A stretch of 47,106 nucleotides of DNA from Candidatus Parcubacteria bacterium (lineage in GTDB: Bacteria; Patescibacteriota; Minisyncoccia; Phycocordibacterales; PALSA-1337): positions 1-47,106 of the forward strand of contig JAQBQT010000025.1 of NCBI GenBank assembly GCA_028286835.1. Reading direction: 5' to 3'. Shown here piece by piece: positions 26,275 to 36,114 of this stretch (position 1 is the first letter of the stretch; every line of letters begins with the position of its first letter). The notes beneath the pieces were generated by a model. The model ran no database searches and was not told where the DNA came from. It worked only from the letters and a program-made list of their open reading frames with translations. The translations under genes were made by a program, and so were the position numbers.

Positions 26275-26304
26275 GTTTATGTCAGTTTTTGCCCCCCCAT
26301 GTTG

Positions 26305-26778
26305 CTACTTGCTGTCTTTCTTTTCCTTAAACTCCTTGGCTTTGCCTTCGACATCCTTCTTGGCCTTGGAGATGGTCTCTTCGATGTCATCGCCGATCTC
26401 TTCCCAGCGCTCACGGAGGCGGTCTGCCAATGCTGCCATTTCATCCTTGCTCACTCCTTCGAGGTCAGCATATTTCTCTTTGAGCAGGGCAGACATGTCG
26501 GCGTAGACTTCCTTGCTCGCTTCCGTAAGCTCGTTGCCGCGTTCCATCGCCTTGTCTTTGAGGTCCATAGCCTTATCCATGGCACGGTCTTTCATGTCGA
26601 GAGCCTTATCCTTGGCGTTGCCTGCAGCCTTCTTTATCTTTTCGCGCGTTTTGGCTCCGTCCTTCGTGCCATATAGATAGTAGGTGGCTACGGCTGCCGC
26701 AGCTGCTGCAGCGATGCCGACTCCTACGGCTGCGCCCTTTCCTGAAGATTTCTTTTCGAAAAGATGATTTTTGCTCAT
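26305..26778 (-). CDS. YtxH-like general stress protein
   Basis: Gly/Ala TM followed by YLYGTKDGAKTREKI and KDKA repeats. Confidence 0.7.
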   Translation of the reverse strand: MSKNHLFEKKSSGKGAAVGVGIAAAAAAAVATYYLYGTKDGAKTREKIKKAAGNAKDKALDMKDRAMDKAMDLKDKAMERGNELTEASKEVYADMSALLKEKYADLEGVSKDEMAALADRLRERWEEIGDDIEETISKAKKDVEGKAKEFKEKKDSK

Positions 26779-26799
26779 GGTATTGGTTGGTTATTAGTT

Positions 26800-27060
26800 T
26801 TAGTTATAGCGCGAGATCAATCGACGGACAAACCTGAACAATGCCCGGGCGCCGAACGATTGCGTATGCAGGCGTTCCCGGAGATCGCCCAACTCTTCTA
26901 TGATGAATTCACCCTCTATCCGGGCCTTATCCGTGAGCTTTTTGACATTGGCGAGGATCTTGATGATGTATATCCAGGCGACAATGGCCAGAATCGTAAG
27001 GACTACGATGCAGATGGTCGTTATAAAGAAGAAGATGTCCGCGTGTATAAGGGTATTCAT
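26800..27060 (-). CDS. Small membrane protein (YtxG/DUF948-like)
   Basis: One TM plus coiled coil, immediately upstream of the YtxH-like gene. Confidence 0.65.
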   Translation of the reverse strand: MNTLIHADIFFFITTICIVVLTILAIVAWIYIIKILANVKKLTDKARIEGEFIIEELGDLRERLHTQSFGARALFRFVRRLISRYN

Positions 27061-27070
27061 TCAATTGGTG

Positions 27071-27098
27071 ATGACGTTTTGATAAGGGTGGTCTTACA
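27071..27098 (-). promoter_or_regulatory. Putative ECF sigma promoter
   Basis: Minus strand TGTAAG-N16-CGTCAT ending 10 nt before ATG 27060; same boxes as 41719-41746. Confidence 0.65.
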
Positions 27099-27130
27099 GT
27101 GCCTACTGATAGTATACTACACAGACATTC

Positions 27131-27589
27131 ATGGTAACCCCGGAACTCGTCTCCTATATCTACGCCGAACGCAAAAAGGGCGTGGCGGACCATATCATCA
27201 AAGCTTATCTCGCCACCCAGAATTGGAGCGAGGCGGATTTTTATGAAGCCGTACGAACCCTGCCTCCCCGGGGGAGTACTCCTGTAGGAAAGCCTGATGA
27301 GGCGGCCGAAGGCAAGATAAAAGGCGCCGACCTTCGGACCCTTGATCAGAATGCGGTCTGGCGGACGCCCGACGGCAAGGCAGATATGCCTGCTCGACCG
27401 GTCATCAAGGAACATAAGGGCCTCATTAAGGCCATAGTGCTTATTCTTCTTATTGTTATTTTAGGAGCTCTCATCTACCTATATAAGGACATCCTCTGGC
27501 CCATGATCCTCGGCTATTACGCTGAAGCCAAGCCCTTTCTGGATCAGGCCGTGACCGTCATCAGGATGGCGACCGACTTCAGCCATTAG
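27131..27589 (+). CDS. Hypothetical membrane protein
   Basis: N-terminal helical motif (ELVSYI...GV...IKAYL..QNWSEAD), one C-proximal TM. Confidence 0.7.
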   Translation: MVTPELVSYIYAERKKGVADHIIKAYLATQNWSEADFYEAVRTLPPRGSTPVGKPDEAAEGKIKGADLRTLDQNAVWRTPDGKADMPARPVIKEHKGLIKAIVLILLIVILGALIYLYKDILWPMILGYYAEAKPFLDQAVTVIRMATDFSH

Positions 27590-27601
27590 AAGCCTGCTTA
27601 T

Positions 27602-27630
27602 TTGATTATTTAGGCAATTTCCTGTATCTT
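27602..27630 (+). promoter_or_regulatory. sigma70-like promoter for fusA
   Basis: TTGATT-N17-TATCTT. Confidence 0.45.
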
Positions 27631-27720
27631 ACCCCTTACCTAAAGCAATCTCTGCTTTTTTAGTTTAGAGCGAGCGTTTGACCAAATTAATAGCAGCATA
27701 TAACAGTATTTAATCATTTT

Positions 27721-29865
27721 ATGAACCGCGATTATCCGCTTGAACGAGTCCGAAACTTCGGCATCATTGCCCACATCGATGCAGGCAAGACGACTACGTC
27801 TGAACGCATCCTTTACTACACCGGCATGATCCACAAGATCGGCGAGGTGCACGAAGGCGAGACCACGACCGACTGGATGGAACAGGAGCGCGAGCGCGGC
27901 ATCACCATCACGGCCGCCGCTATCACATGCTTCTGGAATCCGACCTATATGCCGGCGACAGATCTCTCCAAGAAAGTCCGTTTCAACATCATCGATACTC
28001 CGGGCCATATCGACTTCACTGTGGAAGTGAAGCGCTCCCTCCGCGTCTTGGACGGCGCAGTCGTCGTATTCGACGGCGTTGCCGGCGTTGAGCCTCAGTC
28101 AGAGACAAACTGGCGCTATGCAGACGAAAGCAATGTGCCTCGCCTCTGCTTCATCAACAAGATGGACCGAATGGGTGCCTCATTCGAGCGCTCATACGCT
28201 TCCATTCTCGACCGCCTCAACAAGAGGGCAGTCCGCTTCCAGCTCCCGATCGGTACCGAGAGCTCTCATGAAGGCGTCGTTGACCTCATGCGCATGAAGG
28301 CTTTCTTCTTCGAAGGCGAGAAGGGTATCAATATCATAGAGAAGGAGATCCCGGCAGACATGATGGATGACGCCAAGAAATACCGCGCAGAGATGGTCGA
28401 GAAGATCGTCGAGACAGACGATGCAGCTATGAGCGAGTTCCTCGAAGGCAAGGAGTTCACCATGGACGAGCTCAAGAAGCTCTGCCGCGCCGCAGTCATC
28501 GCCAACAAGATCTTCCCGGTCTTCACCGGCTCAGCCCTCAAGAACGTCGGCGTTCAGCTCGTGCTCGATGCCGTCGTCGACTATCTCCCGTCTCCTCTCG
28601 ATCTTCCTCCGGTCAAAGGCATCAACCCGAACACGGGCGAAGAGATCCTCCGCCATGCGTCCGATGAAGAGCCGTTCGCGGCGCTTGCCTTCAAGCTCCA
28701 GAACGACCCATTCGTCGGTCAGCTGACATTCTTCCGCGTCTACTCAGGCACCATCGAAGCAGGCACATATATATACAACGTCACGACAGGCAAGAAGGAA
28801 CGCCTCGGCCGCATCGTGCGCCTTCAGGCCGACAAGCGTGAAGAGGTCAAGAAGGTCTTCGCCGGCGAGATTGCCGCAGCCGTAGGCCTCAAGGACGCCC
28901 TCACATCTCACACATTCTGCGACGAAGCCAATCCTATCGTCCTCGAAGTCATCAAATTCATGGCACCGGTCGTCTCGCTCCGCATCGAGCCGAAGACAAA
29001 GGCCGACCAGGAGAAAATGGGTATGGCTCTCCGCAAGCTCGGCATGGAAGATCCGACGTTCCATATCTCTTCGAACCAGGAAACAGGCGAGACCATCATC
29101 TCAGGCATGGGAGAACTCCACCTCGAGATCATGGTTGACCGCATGAAGCGCGAGTTCGGCGTTGAAGCCAATGTCGGCGCGCCTCAGGTGGCATATCGCG
29201 AAACCATCCTCAACGAAGCCGAGGCCGAATACAAATATATCAAGCAGACAGGCGGTAAGGGTCAGTACGGCCACGTGCGTCTCTCAGTCCGTCCGATGGT
29301 CCCTCTCGTAGAAGGAGAGAAAGTCCCTAAGAACGTCAAGCGCTACGATGATTTCGAATTCATCAACTCCATCAAGGGTGGCGTCATTCCGAACGAATTC
29401 ATTCCGGCCGTCGAAAAGGGCGTCCGCGAAGCTCTCGATCGCGGTATCGTCGCTGGCTACAAGCTGGTGAATGTTTCCTGCGAGCTCACATTCGGTTCAT
29501 ATCACGACGTCGACTCGTCCGAGATCGCCTATAAGATCGCCGCGTCCCAGGCTTTCCAAGATGCAGCCAAGCGCGCCAAGCCGGTCATCCTTGAGCCGAT
29601 CATGAGGCTCGAAGTGGTCGCCCCTGAAAAATACATGGGTGATGTGAACGGCTCCGTCGCTTCCAAGCGCGGCCAGGTCGAGGGTTCCGAACCTCGCGGT
29701 CAGGCTATCGCCATTCATGCCAAGGTTCCGCTCTCAGAGATGTTCGGATATACGACACAGCTCCGCTCTATGACCTCAGGTCAGGGAAGCGCGATGATGG
29801 AATTCGATCACTACGAAGTGGTTCCGGCCAACGTGGCTCTCGAGATCGCAGAGAAAAGGAAATAA
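27721..29865 (+). CDS. fusA: Elongation factor G
   Basis: AHIDAGKTT, ERERGITI, DTPGH, NKMD, GMGELHLE, YHDVDSSE. Confidence 0.99.
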   Translation: MNRDYPLERVRNFGIIAHIDAGKTTTSERILYYTGMIHKIGEVHEGETTTDWMEQERERGITITAAAITCFWNPTYMPATDLSKKVRFNIIDTPGHIDFTVEVKRSLRVLDGAVVVFDGVAGVEPQSETNWRYADESNVPRLCFINKMDRMGASFERSYASILDRLNKRAVRFQLPIGTESSHEGVVDLMRMKAFFFEGEKGINIIEKEIPADMMDDAKKYRAEMVEKIVETDDAAMSEFLEGKEFTMDELKKLCRAAVIANKIFPVFTGSALKNVGVQLVLDAVVDYLPSPLDLPPVKGINPNTGEEILRHASDEEPFAALAFKLQNDPFVGQLTFFRVYSGTIEAGTYIYNVTTGKKERLGRIVRLQADKREEVKKVFAGEIAAAVGLKDALTSHTFCDEANPIVLEVIKFMAPVVSLRIEPKTKADQEKMGMALRKLGMEDPTFHISSNQETGETIISGMGELHLEIMVDRMKREFGVEANVGAPQVAYRETILNEAEAEYKYIKQTGGKGQYGHVRLSVRPMVPLVEGEKVPKNVKRYDDFEFINSIKGGVIPNEFIPAVEKGVREALDRGIVAGYKLVNVSCELTFGSYHDVDSSEIAYKIAASQAFQDAAKRAKPVILEPIMRLEVVAPEKYMGDVNGSVASKRGQVEGSEPRGQAIAIHAKVPLSEMFGYTTQLRSMTSGQGSAMMEFDHYEVVPANVALEIAEKRK

Positions 29866-29892
29866 TCTCAGCACCCTATAGCGCCTCAAAAG

Positions 29893-29918
29893 AAAAGCCG
29901 GCTTCTGCCGGTTTTTTT
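29893..29918 (+). terminator. Intrinsic terminator after fusA
   Basis: GCCGGC-TTCT-GCCGGT followed by TTTTTT. Confidence 0.75.
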
Positions 29919-29973
29919 GCACAGAAACTTTCCACTTGCGCGTACGTCATATAAGCATCACACTATATACCAT

Positions 29974-31476
29974 ATGAAAAAATATCTCATAGCCATCGCC
30001 GCAGTGCTCGTCGTCTCAGTCTCGTATGCCCACGCCCAGAATTACTCATATTCCCGTGATCTCTATATAGGATCATCAGGTCCTGACGTTGCTGCGCTGC
30101 AGAATTGGCTTCTCTCTAACGGATACGACATTCCTGCCTTGCGCGCAGGGATCACGCCTCAAGGCTATTTTGGTTTCCAGACGCAGGCGGCTCTCGCCCG
30201 CTATCAGGCATCAGTCGGCCTGCCTCCTAACGGATATTTCGGTGCGCTCACCCGCGCGCGCATGAATGGCTCTGTCGGGGGTTATCCCGGTACACCAACT
30301 CCAGTCCCTGTTCCCACCGCTTTTATAAGGGTAATGTCACCCAACGGAGGTGAAACCCTTCAGAGGGGAACTTCATATATGATCACTTGGACGAGTACAG
30401 GACTCTCACAGCAATGGCCAGGAACAGGCACCATAGAGCTCCAGCCTGCGCTTCCGGCCTGTGCCGAACCGACCCAGCCCATCCGCTGCATGATCATGGT
30501 GCGCGCTCCGTATCCTATCGCTCAGAATGTGAATCTCGCCTCTCAATCGTATTCATGGAGCGTTCCCGATGTTCTATCTTTGGGTGATCAGCCCCTGGGC
30601 AATCAGCCCATCCAGGCAGCTCCGGATGGCTCGTACAAGATAAAGATCTGTCAGACATCTACGAACATATGTGATACGAGCGATGCGTACTTCACGGTGA
30701 CATCATCTTCTGTTGGCGGAACAACGGGAGGTGCCGGCCCTCTCGCCATCGTCTCACCGAATGGCGGGGAATCATGGCAGAAAGGCAGCATCCAAACTAT
30801 CCGCTGGACCTCGCCGTATTATTTCCAGGCCGCCTATGGCGATATCAGGCTCGTCCGCTATATGCCTCCATGCTCCGGCATATGTCCTATGTATATGGTC
30901 GCTCCCTATACTATCGCAAGCAATATCAGCATAAATCAGAATTCTTACGCATGGACTGTTGGAGATGCGGCTCAGCAGGGCAGCACGAATGGTCAGCGCA
31001 TCACCGTGCCTGATGGTCAGTACACAGTTCAGATCTGCCAGACAGGCTCAGGATCATGTGTTTCAAGCACTGGCCCCTTCACTATATGTGGGGACACGAC
31101 AGTGAATCCTGGCGGACAGTCGCCTGTGATCTCAGGTGTCACCGCCCCTACCAGTCTTTCAATAGGGCAAACCAGTACATGGACTGTACGTGCATATGAT
31201 CCACTGAATGGCTCCCTTACATATTCTGTCGACTGGGGCGATCAGCCCCAGAACAATCCTTATTATCTGAGCGCCGCATCTTCTCCTCAGTTTGCCCAGA
31301 CAAGCTCATTCACGCATTCATATGCCAATCCCGGCACGTATCAGATCACGTTTACGGTCAGAAATGCGAGCGGCATGACCGCTCAGGCCAAAACGACCGT
31401 GAATGTAGGCGGGGTGAATTGCCCTCCAGGATACATGTGCGCCACTCGGTCGCCGTACATGACGCCGTACATATAG
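29974..31476 (+). CDS. Secreted protein: peptidoglycan-binding domain, two SPNGGE Ig-like repeats, PKD-like domain
   Basis: Signal peptide MKKYLIAIAA..AHA; DL.IGSSGPDVAALQ..GYFG; SPNGGE x2; YSVDWGD..HSYANPGTY. Confidence 0.85.
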   Translation: MKKYLIAIAAVLVVSVSYAHAQNYSYSRDLYIGSSGPDVAALQNWLLSNGYDIPALRAGITPQGYFGFQTQAALARYQASVGLPPNGYFGALTRARMNGSVGGYPGTPTPVPVPTAFIRVMSPNGGETLQRGTSYMITWTSTGLSQQWPGTGTIELQPALPACAEPTQPIRCMIMVRAPYPIAQNVNLASQSYSWSVPDVLSLGDQPLGNQPIQAAPDGSYKIKICQTSTNICDTSDAYFTVTSSSVGGTTGGAGPLAIVSPNGGESWQKGSIQTIRWTSPYYFQAAYGDIRLVRYMPPCSGICPMYMVAPYTIASNISINQNSYAWTVGDAAQQGSTNGQRITVPDGQYTVQICQTGSGSCVSSTGPFTICGDTTVNPGGQSPVISGVTAPTSLSIGQTSTWTVRAYDPLNGSLTYSVDWGDQPQNNPYYLSAASSPQFAQTSSFTHSYANPGTYQITFTVRNASGMTAQAKTTVNVGGVNCPPGYMCATRSPYMTPYI

Positions 31477-31507
31477 GCCCGTTCGTTCTCCCCAAAAGGG
31501 TAATAAT

Positions 31508-31635
31508 TTGCACGTTTCTTTCGCGTATGCTAACCTGAGCTTTACGCGCTTCCTAAGCGTTTTTATTAGTCCCCATTAATAATTTATCTTTGACTCTCGC
31601 TGCTTGGCATCACGCCCAGACAATGCGAGTCAAAG
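31508..31635 (+). promoter_or_regulatory. tuf promoter and hairpin leader
   Basis: TTGCAC-N17-TAACCT with TG; GCGCTT-CCT-AAGCGT-TTTT; long stem CTTTGAC (31588)...GTCAAAG (31635). Confidence 0.45.
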
Positions 31636-31653
31636 CACTAAATCAATAATCAT

Positions 31654-32841
31654 ATGGCAGCAGAATTCAATCGCACAAAGCCGCACGTTAACGTCGGTAC
31701 CATCGGTCACATCGACCACGGAAAGTCGACGCTCACGGCAGCTATCGTCGCAGTTCAGGCCCGCAAAGGCATGGCCAAAGAGAAGGCTTACGCCGAAATT
31801 ACAAAGGGTGGTACCGTCCGCGATGCTTCAAAGACAGTCACTATCTCTCTTTCTCATGTTGAGTACGAGAGTAACAAGCGCCACTACGCTCACATCGACG
31901 CTCCAGGCCACGCCGACTATATCAAGAACATGATCACAGGTGCCGCCCAGATGGACGGAGCCATTCTCGTGGTTTCCGCTCTCGACGGCGTTATGCCTCA
32001 GACGCGTGAGCACATCCTTCTCGCCGAGCAGATCGGTGTTCCGAAGGTAGTTATCTTCCTCAACAAGTGCGATGCAGTCGAGGAAAAGGACCTTATCGAC
32101 CTCGTGGAGGAAGAAGTGCGTGACCTCCTTACGAAGTATCACTTTGACGGCAAGAATGTCCCGGTCATCCGCGGCTCAGCCCTCAAGGCCCTCGAGAACG
32201 ATCCAGCATGGAATGCAAAGATCGACGAGCTTATGGATGCTCTCGATAGCTACATCCCTGATCCGATCCGTGAAGTAGATAAGCCGTTCCTCATGCCGAT
32301 CGAAGACATCTTCTCGATCGAAGGCCGTGGAACAGTGGTCACAGGCCGCATCGAGCGCGGTGTTATCAAGGTAGGTGAAGAAGTCGAGATCGTCGGCTTC
32401 CGCGACACCGTCAAGACGACCATCACTGGCATCGAGATGTTCAACAAGTCCCTCAAGGAGGGTATGGCAGGCGACAACGCAGGTCTTCTTCTCCGCGGCA
32501 CAGCCAAGGACGACGTATCCCGCGGTCAGGTTCTCGCCAAGACTGGCTCAGTCAAGCCTCACACAGAGTTCGAGGCCGAAGTATATATCTTGAAGAAAGA
32601 AGAGGGAGGCCGCCACACGCCGTTCTTCACAGGATATAAGCCTCAGTTCTATATCCGCACGACAGACGTTACAGGTGAAGTGACTCTCGCCGAAAAGGTT
32701 GAGATGGTCATGCCGGGTGACACAGTGACCTTCAAGGTGAAGCTCGTCGCTCCGGTCGCTCTCGAAGCCCCTCAGCGCTTTGCAGTCCGCGAAGGAGGCA
32801 AGACAGTAGGTTCAGGCGTCATTACTAAAGTAGTCGCATAA
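31654..32841 (+). CDS. tuf: Elongation factor Tu
   Basis: [48 protein letters not shown]. Confidence 0.99.
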   Translation: MAAEFNRTKPHVNVGTIGHIDHGKSTLTAAIVAVQARKGMAKEKAYAEITKGGTVRDASKTVTISLSHVEYESNKRHYAHIDAPGHADYIKNMITGAAQMDGAILVVSALDGVMPQTREHILLAEQIGVPKVVIFLNKCDAVEEKDLIDLVEEEVRDLLTKYHFDGKNVPVIRGSALKALENDPAWNAKIDELMDALDSYIPDPIREVDKPFLMPIEDIFSIEGRGTVVTGRIERGVIKVGEEVEIVGFRDTVKTTITGIEMFNKSLKEGMAGDNAGLLLRGTAKDDVSRGQVLAKTGSVKPHTEFEAEVYILKKEEGGRHTPFFTGYKPQFYIRTTDVTGEVTLAEKVEMVMPGDTVTFKVKLVAPVALEAPQRFAVREGGKTVGSGVITKVVA

Positions 32842-32868
32842 AGCACGCTTTACCGCACGCATAATCAT

Positions 32869-33252
32869 ATGGCAGCCGCAAAGGAAACAACAAAGAAAGC
32901 AGCAGCAAAGCCGGTCCGCGCCAAAAAGGCAAAGGCTGAAGGAGCTGCTCCGCACCTCAGGATCCGAGTGCGCGCCTATGAGCACAAGATTCTCGACGCA
33001 TCCCTCCGCCAGATCATGGACACTGCCGCCCGCTACGATGCAGAGATCAACGGCCCTGTTCCGCTTCCGACAGAGATCAAGAAGTACACAGTCAACCGTT
33101 CCTCATTCATCGACAAGAATGCCCGCGAGCAGTTCGAGATGCGCGTACACAAGCGTCTCATCGACATTGTGAACCCGAATCCGAAGGTCATCGAGGCGTT
33201 GACGAACCTCAGCTTGCCTTCAGGCGTGAATATAGACGTAAAAATGATGTAG
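32869..33252 (+). CDS. rpsJ: 30S ribosomal protein S10
   Basis: GPVPLPT, AREQFEMRVHKRLIDI; Ala/Lys N-terminal extension. Confidence 0.98.
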   Translation: MAAAKETTKKAAAKPVRAKKAKAEGAAPHLRIRVRAYEHKILDASLRQIMDTAARYDAEINGPVPLPTEIKKYTVNRSSFIDKNAREQFEMRVHKRLIDIVNPNPKVIEALTNLSLPSGVNIDVKMM

Positions 33253-33274
33253 ACGAGAGTCTCTCCCCACCGAC

Positions 33275-33886
33275 ATGAAATTCATTACCGGACGAAAACT
33301 GAATATGACTCAGATCTATAGCGAGAAGGGCGAAGCCATTCCTGTCACGGCTGTTGTCGTCCGCGGCAACGTCGTCACCCAGATCCGCACGAAGGACGTA
33401 GATGGCTACGAAGCAGTGCAGATCGGCGAAGGCTCCCGCAATCCGAACCGCATCGCCAAGCCGCAGAAAGGCCAGTTCAAGGATCTCGGCAGCTTCGCCT
33501 TCGTCAAGGAATTCCGCATGGAATCCCCGAGCATGAAGGTCGGCGACAAGATCGAGCTCTCCCAGTTCAAGGCAGGGGACATGGTCGAGGTGAGCGCCAT
33601 CTCCAAGGGCAAGGGCTTCCAGGGCGTGGTCAAGCGCCACGGCTTCCATGGCGGTCCCCGCACTCACGGTCAGAAGCACTCCGAGCGCGAACCGGGCTCC
33701 ATCGGCGGAGGTCTCCGCAACCGCGTGCCGGTCGGCATGCGCATGGCCGGCCGCATGGGCTCAGACCGCATCACGGTGAGGAATCTCAAGGTCGTTCATA
33801 TTGACCAAGACGACAGCATCCTGTATGTTTCTGGAGCGATTCCAGGACGCCGCGGCACTCTCGTAGAGATCGTCGCCGAAAAATAA
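33275..33886 (+). CDS. rplC: 50S ribosomal protein L3
   Basis: DGYEAVQIG, SKGKGFQGVVKRHGF, PGSIG, MAGRMG. Confidence 0.98.
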   Translation: MKFITGRKLNMTQIYSEKGEAIPVTAVVVRGNVVTQIRTKDVDGYEAVQIGEGSRNPNRIAKPQKGQFKDLGSFAFVKEFRMESPSMKVGDKIELSQFKAGDMVEVSAISKGKGFQGVVKRHGFHGGPRTHGQKHSEREPGSIGGGLRNRVPVGMRMAGRMGSDRITVRNLKVVHIDQDDSILYVSGAIPGRRGTLVEIVAEK

Positions 33887-33912
33887 TCCCTATCATCCTT
33901 ACTCCCACTATC

Positions 33913-34566
33913 ATGGACGCCCCTATTTATAATCAGCAAGGCCAGTCAGCAGGCAAAATAACCCTTCCTAAGGGGATCTTCGACCTGAACTGGAATGCCG
34001 ACCTTGTCCACGAGATCATCCGTCTCATGAACTCGAATTCGCGTTCTCCGGTCGCTCATGCCAAGACTCGCGGAGAAGTCCGCGGTGGCGGTAAGAAGCC
34101 ATGGCAGCAGAAGGGTACAGGCCGCGCCCGTCACGGTTCCTCACGTTCGCCTATCTGGGTCGGTGGTGGTACGACCCACGGTCCGCGCAACGAAAAGAAT
34201 TTCGAGCGCAAGATCAACAAGAAGGCCCGCTCCAAGGCTCTCCTCACGATCCTTTCACGCAAGTTCAAGGATGGCGAAGTACTTTTCATCGATTCGTTCA
34301 GCTTCAATGCGCCAAAGGCAAAGGAGGCAAAGACGATCCTCACTTCGCTTTCCAAGATCAAAGGCTATGAGAAGCTCGCCACCAAGAAGGTGAACACGGC
34401 CATGATCACGATGGACAAGAAGTCCGACTCCGTCTCCAAGAGTTTCCGCAATTTCGGAAACATCTCGGTCGAGGAGTTCCGCAACATCAACCCGGTATCG
34501 CTCATGAACCATACGTACCTCATCATTTCCAATCCAGCCGAGTCCCTTAAGACCCTTGCTAAATAA
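33913..34566 (+). CDS. rplD: 50S ribosomal protein L4
   Basis: KTRGEVRGGGKKPWQQKGTGRARHGS. Confidence 0.98.
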   Translation: MDAPIYNQQGQSAGKITLPKGIFDLNWNADLVHEIIRLMNSNSRSPVAHAKTRGEVRGGGKKPWQQKGTGRARHGSSRSPIWVGGGTTHGPRNEKNFERKINKKARSKALLTILSRKFKDGEVLFIDSFSFNAPKAKEAKTILTSLSKIKGYEKLATKKVNTAMITMDKKSDSVSKSFRNFGNISVEEFRNINPVSLMNHTYLIISNPAESLKTLAK

Positions 34567-34573
34567 AACTACC

Positions 34574-35065
34574 ATGCCGATGTTCTGGTCAAAAAAATCA
34601 AAAGCCGACAAAAACTACAGCGAAGCCGCAGCGCCCGCCAAGGCTAAGAACGTAGGTTCTAAGAACGCTCCGGCAAAGGCTCGCGTAGCCAAGTCGACTG
34701 CCGCCAAGGCGGTCAAAGCCCCAAAGAAGTCCCAAGGACGATCTGGGGGATCGGAAGTCGTCCTTTCGACAGGCACTCCTTCCGCCTCGTTCATCGGCGC
34801 AGATGCCATTCTCCGCCCACATATCACCGAGAAGGCCGGACAGCTCGCCCAGAACAACGTGTATACATTCCAGGTCTCCAAGGATGCAAACAAGCCGACT
34901 ATCGCCAAGGCCATCTTCAGCCTCTATAAGGTCAAGCCGACGAAGATCGCGGTCATCAACCTTCCGTCCAAGAATGTCTTCGTGAAGGGCCGCTGGGGCG
35001 TTGTCTCAGGAACCCGCAAGGCCATGGTCACCCTGAAGAAAGGGGACAAGATAGATTTTGTATAA
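34574..35065 (+). CDS. rplW: 50S ribosomal protein L23 with long Ala/Lys N-terminal extension
   Basis: PHITEKA, YTFQV, ANK..I, RKAMVTLKKG; start at 34574 or 34580. Confidence 0.93.
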   Translation: MPMFWSKKSKADKNYSEAAAPAKAKNVGSKNAPAKARVAKSTAAKAVKAPKKSQGRSGGSEVVLSTGTPSASFIGADAILRPHITEKAGQLAQNNVYTFQVSKDANKPTIAKAIFSLYKVKPTKIAVINLPSKNVFVKGRWGVVSGTRKAMVTLKKGDKIDFV

Positions 35066-35086
35066 TCCCGCATCCATTTAATTATC

Positions 35087-35941
35087 ATGAAAACCTACCG
35101 ACCTACAACAAAGTCCCGCCGCAATATGACGACACTCCCGTTCAAGGAGTATCTCACTGCTTCAGAGCCGTACAAGCCTTTGACGCTCGGCTTCAAGCGC
35201 GACATGGGACGCAATGCGCACGGCCGCATCACGGTCCGCCACAAGGGAGGAGGCCATAAGAAGCTCTATCGCATCATCGATTTCTTGTACGAGAAGAAAG
35301 ATATCATCGCCACGATCAAGACCGTCGAATACGATCCGTTCCGCACCGGCTACATCGGCCTCGTCTCCTATAAGGACGGCGCAAAGCGCTACATCCTCCT
35401 TCCGAAGACAATGAAGGTCGGCAATTCCTTCATCGTTTCCGAGAAAGCTCCGATCGAGACAGGCAACCGCCTTCCTCTCAAGAATATCCCGGTCGGTACG
35501 TTCGTATACAACGTCGAGATCAAGCCAGGCTCAGGGGCCAAGCTCGTACGCTCTGCCGGGTCCTTCGGCCAGGTCATCGCTAACGACGCAGGCTACACCC
35601 ACATCAAGATGCCTTCGACGGAAGTCCGCAAAGTCCACCAGGACGCATGGGCATCAATCGGAGCTGTTTCCAACGAAGAGAATCGCCTCGTCAATATCGG
35701 CAAAGCCGGACGCTCGCGCTGGATGGGTATCCGCCCGACAGTCCGCGGTACCGCCCAGAACCCGGTAGACCACCCATACGGTGGTGGTGAACAGCGCCAG
35801 GGCCGCGGTCTCCGCCGCCTCAAGACCCGCTGGGGTAAGCCAGCCGGCAAGGGCCAGAAGACCCGCACTCCGAAGAAGTACTCCAACGTATTCGTGGTGT
35901 CCCGCCGCCAGCCTGGCCGCCTCATGAGGAGCGGTTCGTAG
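35087..35941 (+). CDS. rplB: 50S ribosomal protein L2
   Basis: GRITVRHKGGGHK, EYDPFR, RPTVRG, NPVDHP.GGGE. Confidence 0.99.
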   Translation: MKTYRPTTKSRRNMTTLPFKEYLTASEPYKPLTLGFKRDMGRNAHGRITVRHKGGGHKKLYRIIDFLYEKKDIIATIKTVEYDPFRTGYIGLVSYKDGAKRYILLPKTMKVGNSFIVSEKAPIETGNRLPLKNIPVGTFVYNVEIKPGSGAKLVRSAGSFGQVIANDAGYTHIKMPSTEVRKVHQDAWASIGAVSNEENRLVNIGKAGRSRWMGIRPTVRGTAQNPVDHPYGGGEQRQGRGLRRLKTRWGKPAGKGQKTRTPKKYSNVFVVSRRQPGRLMRSGS

Positions 35942-35983
35942 TCTCTCCGCAGGCCTTTTCGCCTGATCTCCGTCGCGACGCCT

Positions 35984-36106
35984 ATGAGCGATCCGAAACC
36001 ACAACAGAAAAAACTCCGGGAGCACTCGCCTATGATCGGCTTCTTCGTCAAAAGGGTGAAGGCATTCGTCGAATTCCTGATATATTCCATCGTAGGGAAG
36101 AAGTAG
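35984..36106 (+). CDS. Candidate 40-aa small protein (not in the ORF track)
   Basis: MSDPKPQQKKLREHSPMIGFFVKRVKAFVEFLIYSIVGKK*; fills the gap and ends 8 nt before the next ATG. Confidence 0.45.
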   Translation: MSDPKPQQKKLREHSPMIGFFVKRVKAFVEFLIYSIVGKK

Positions 36107-36114
36107 CTCTTTCC

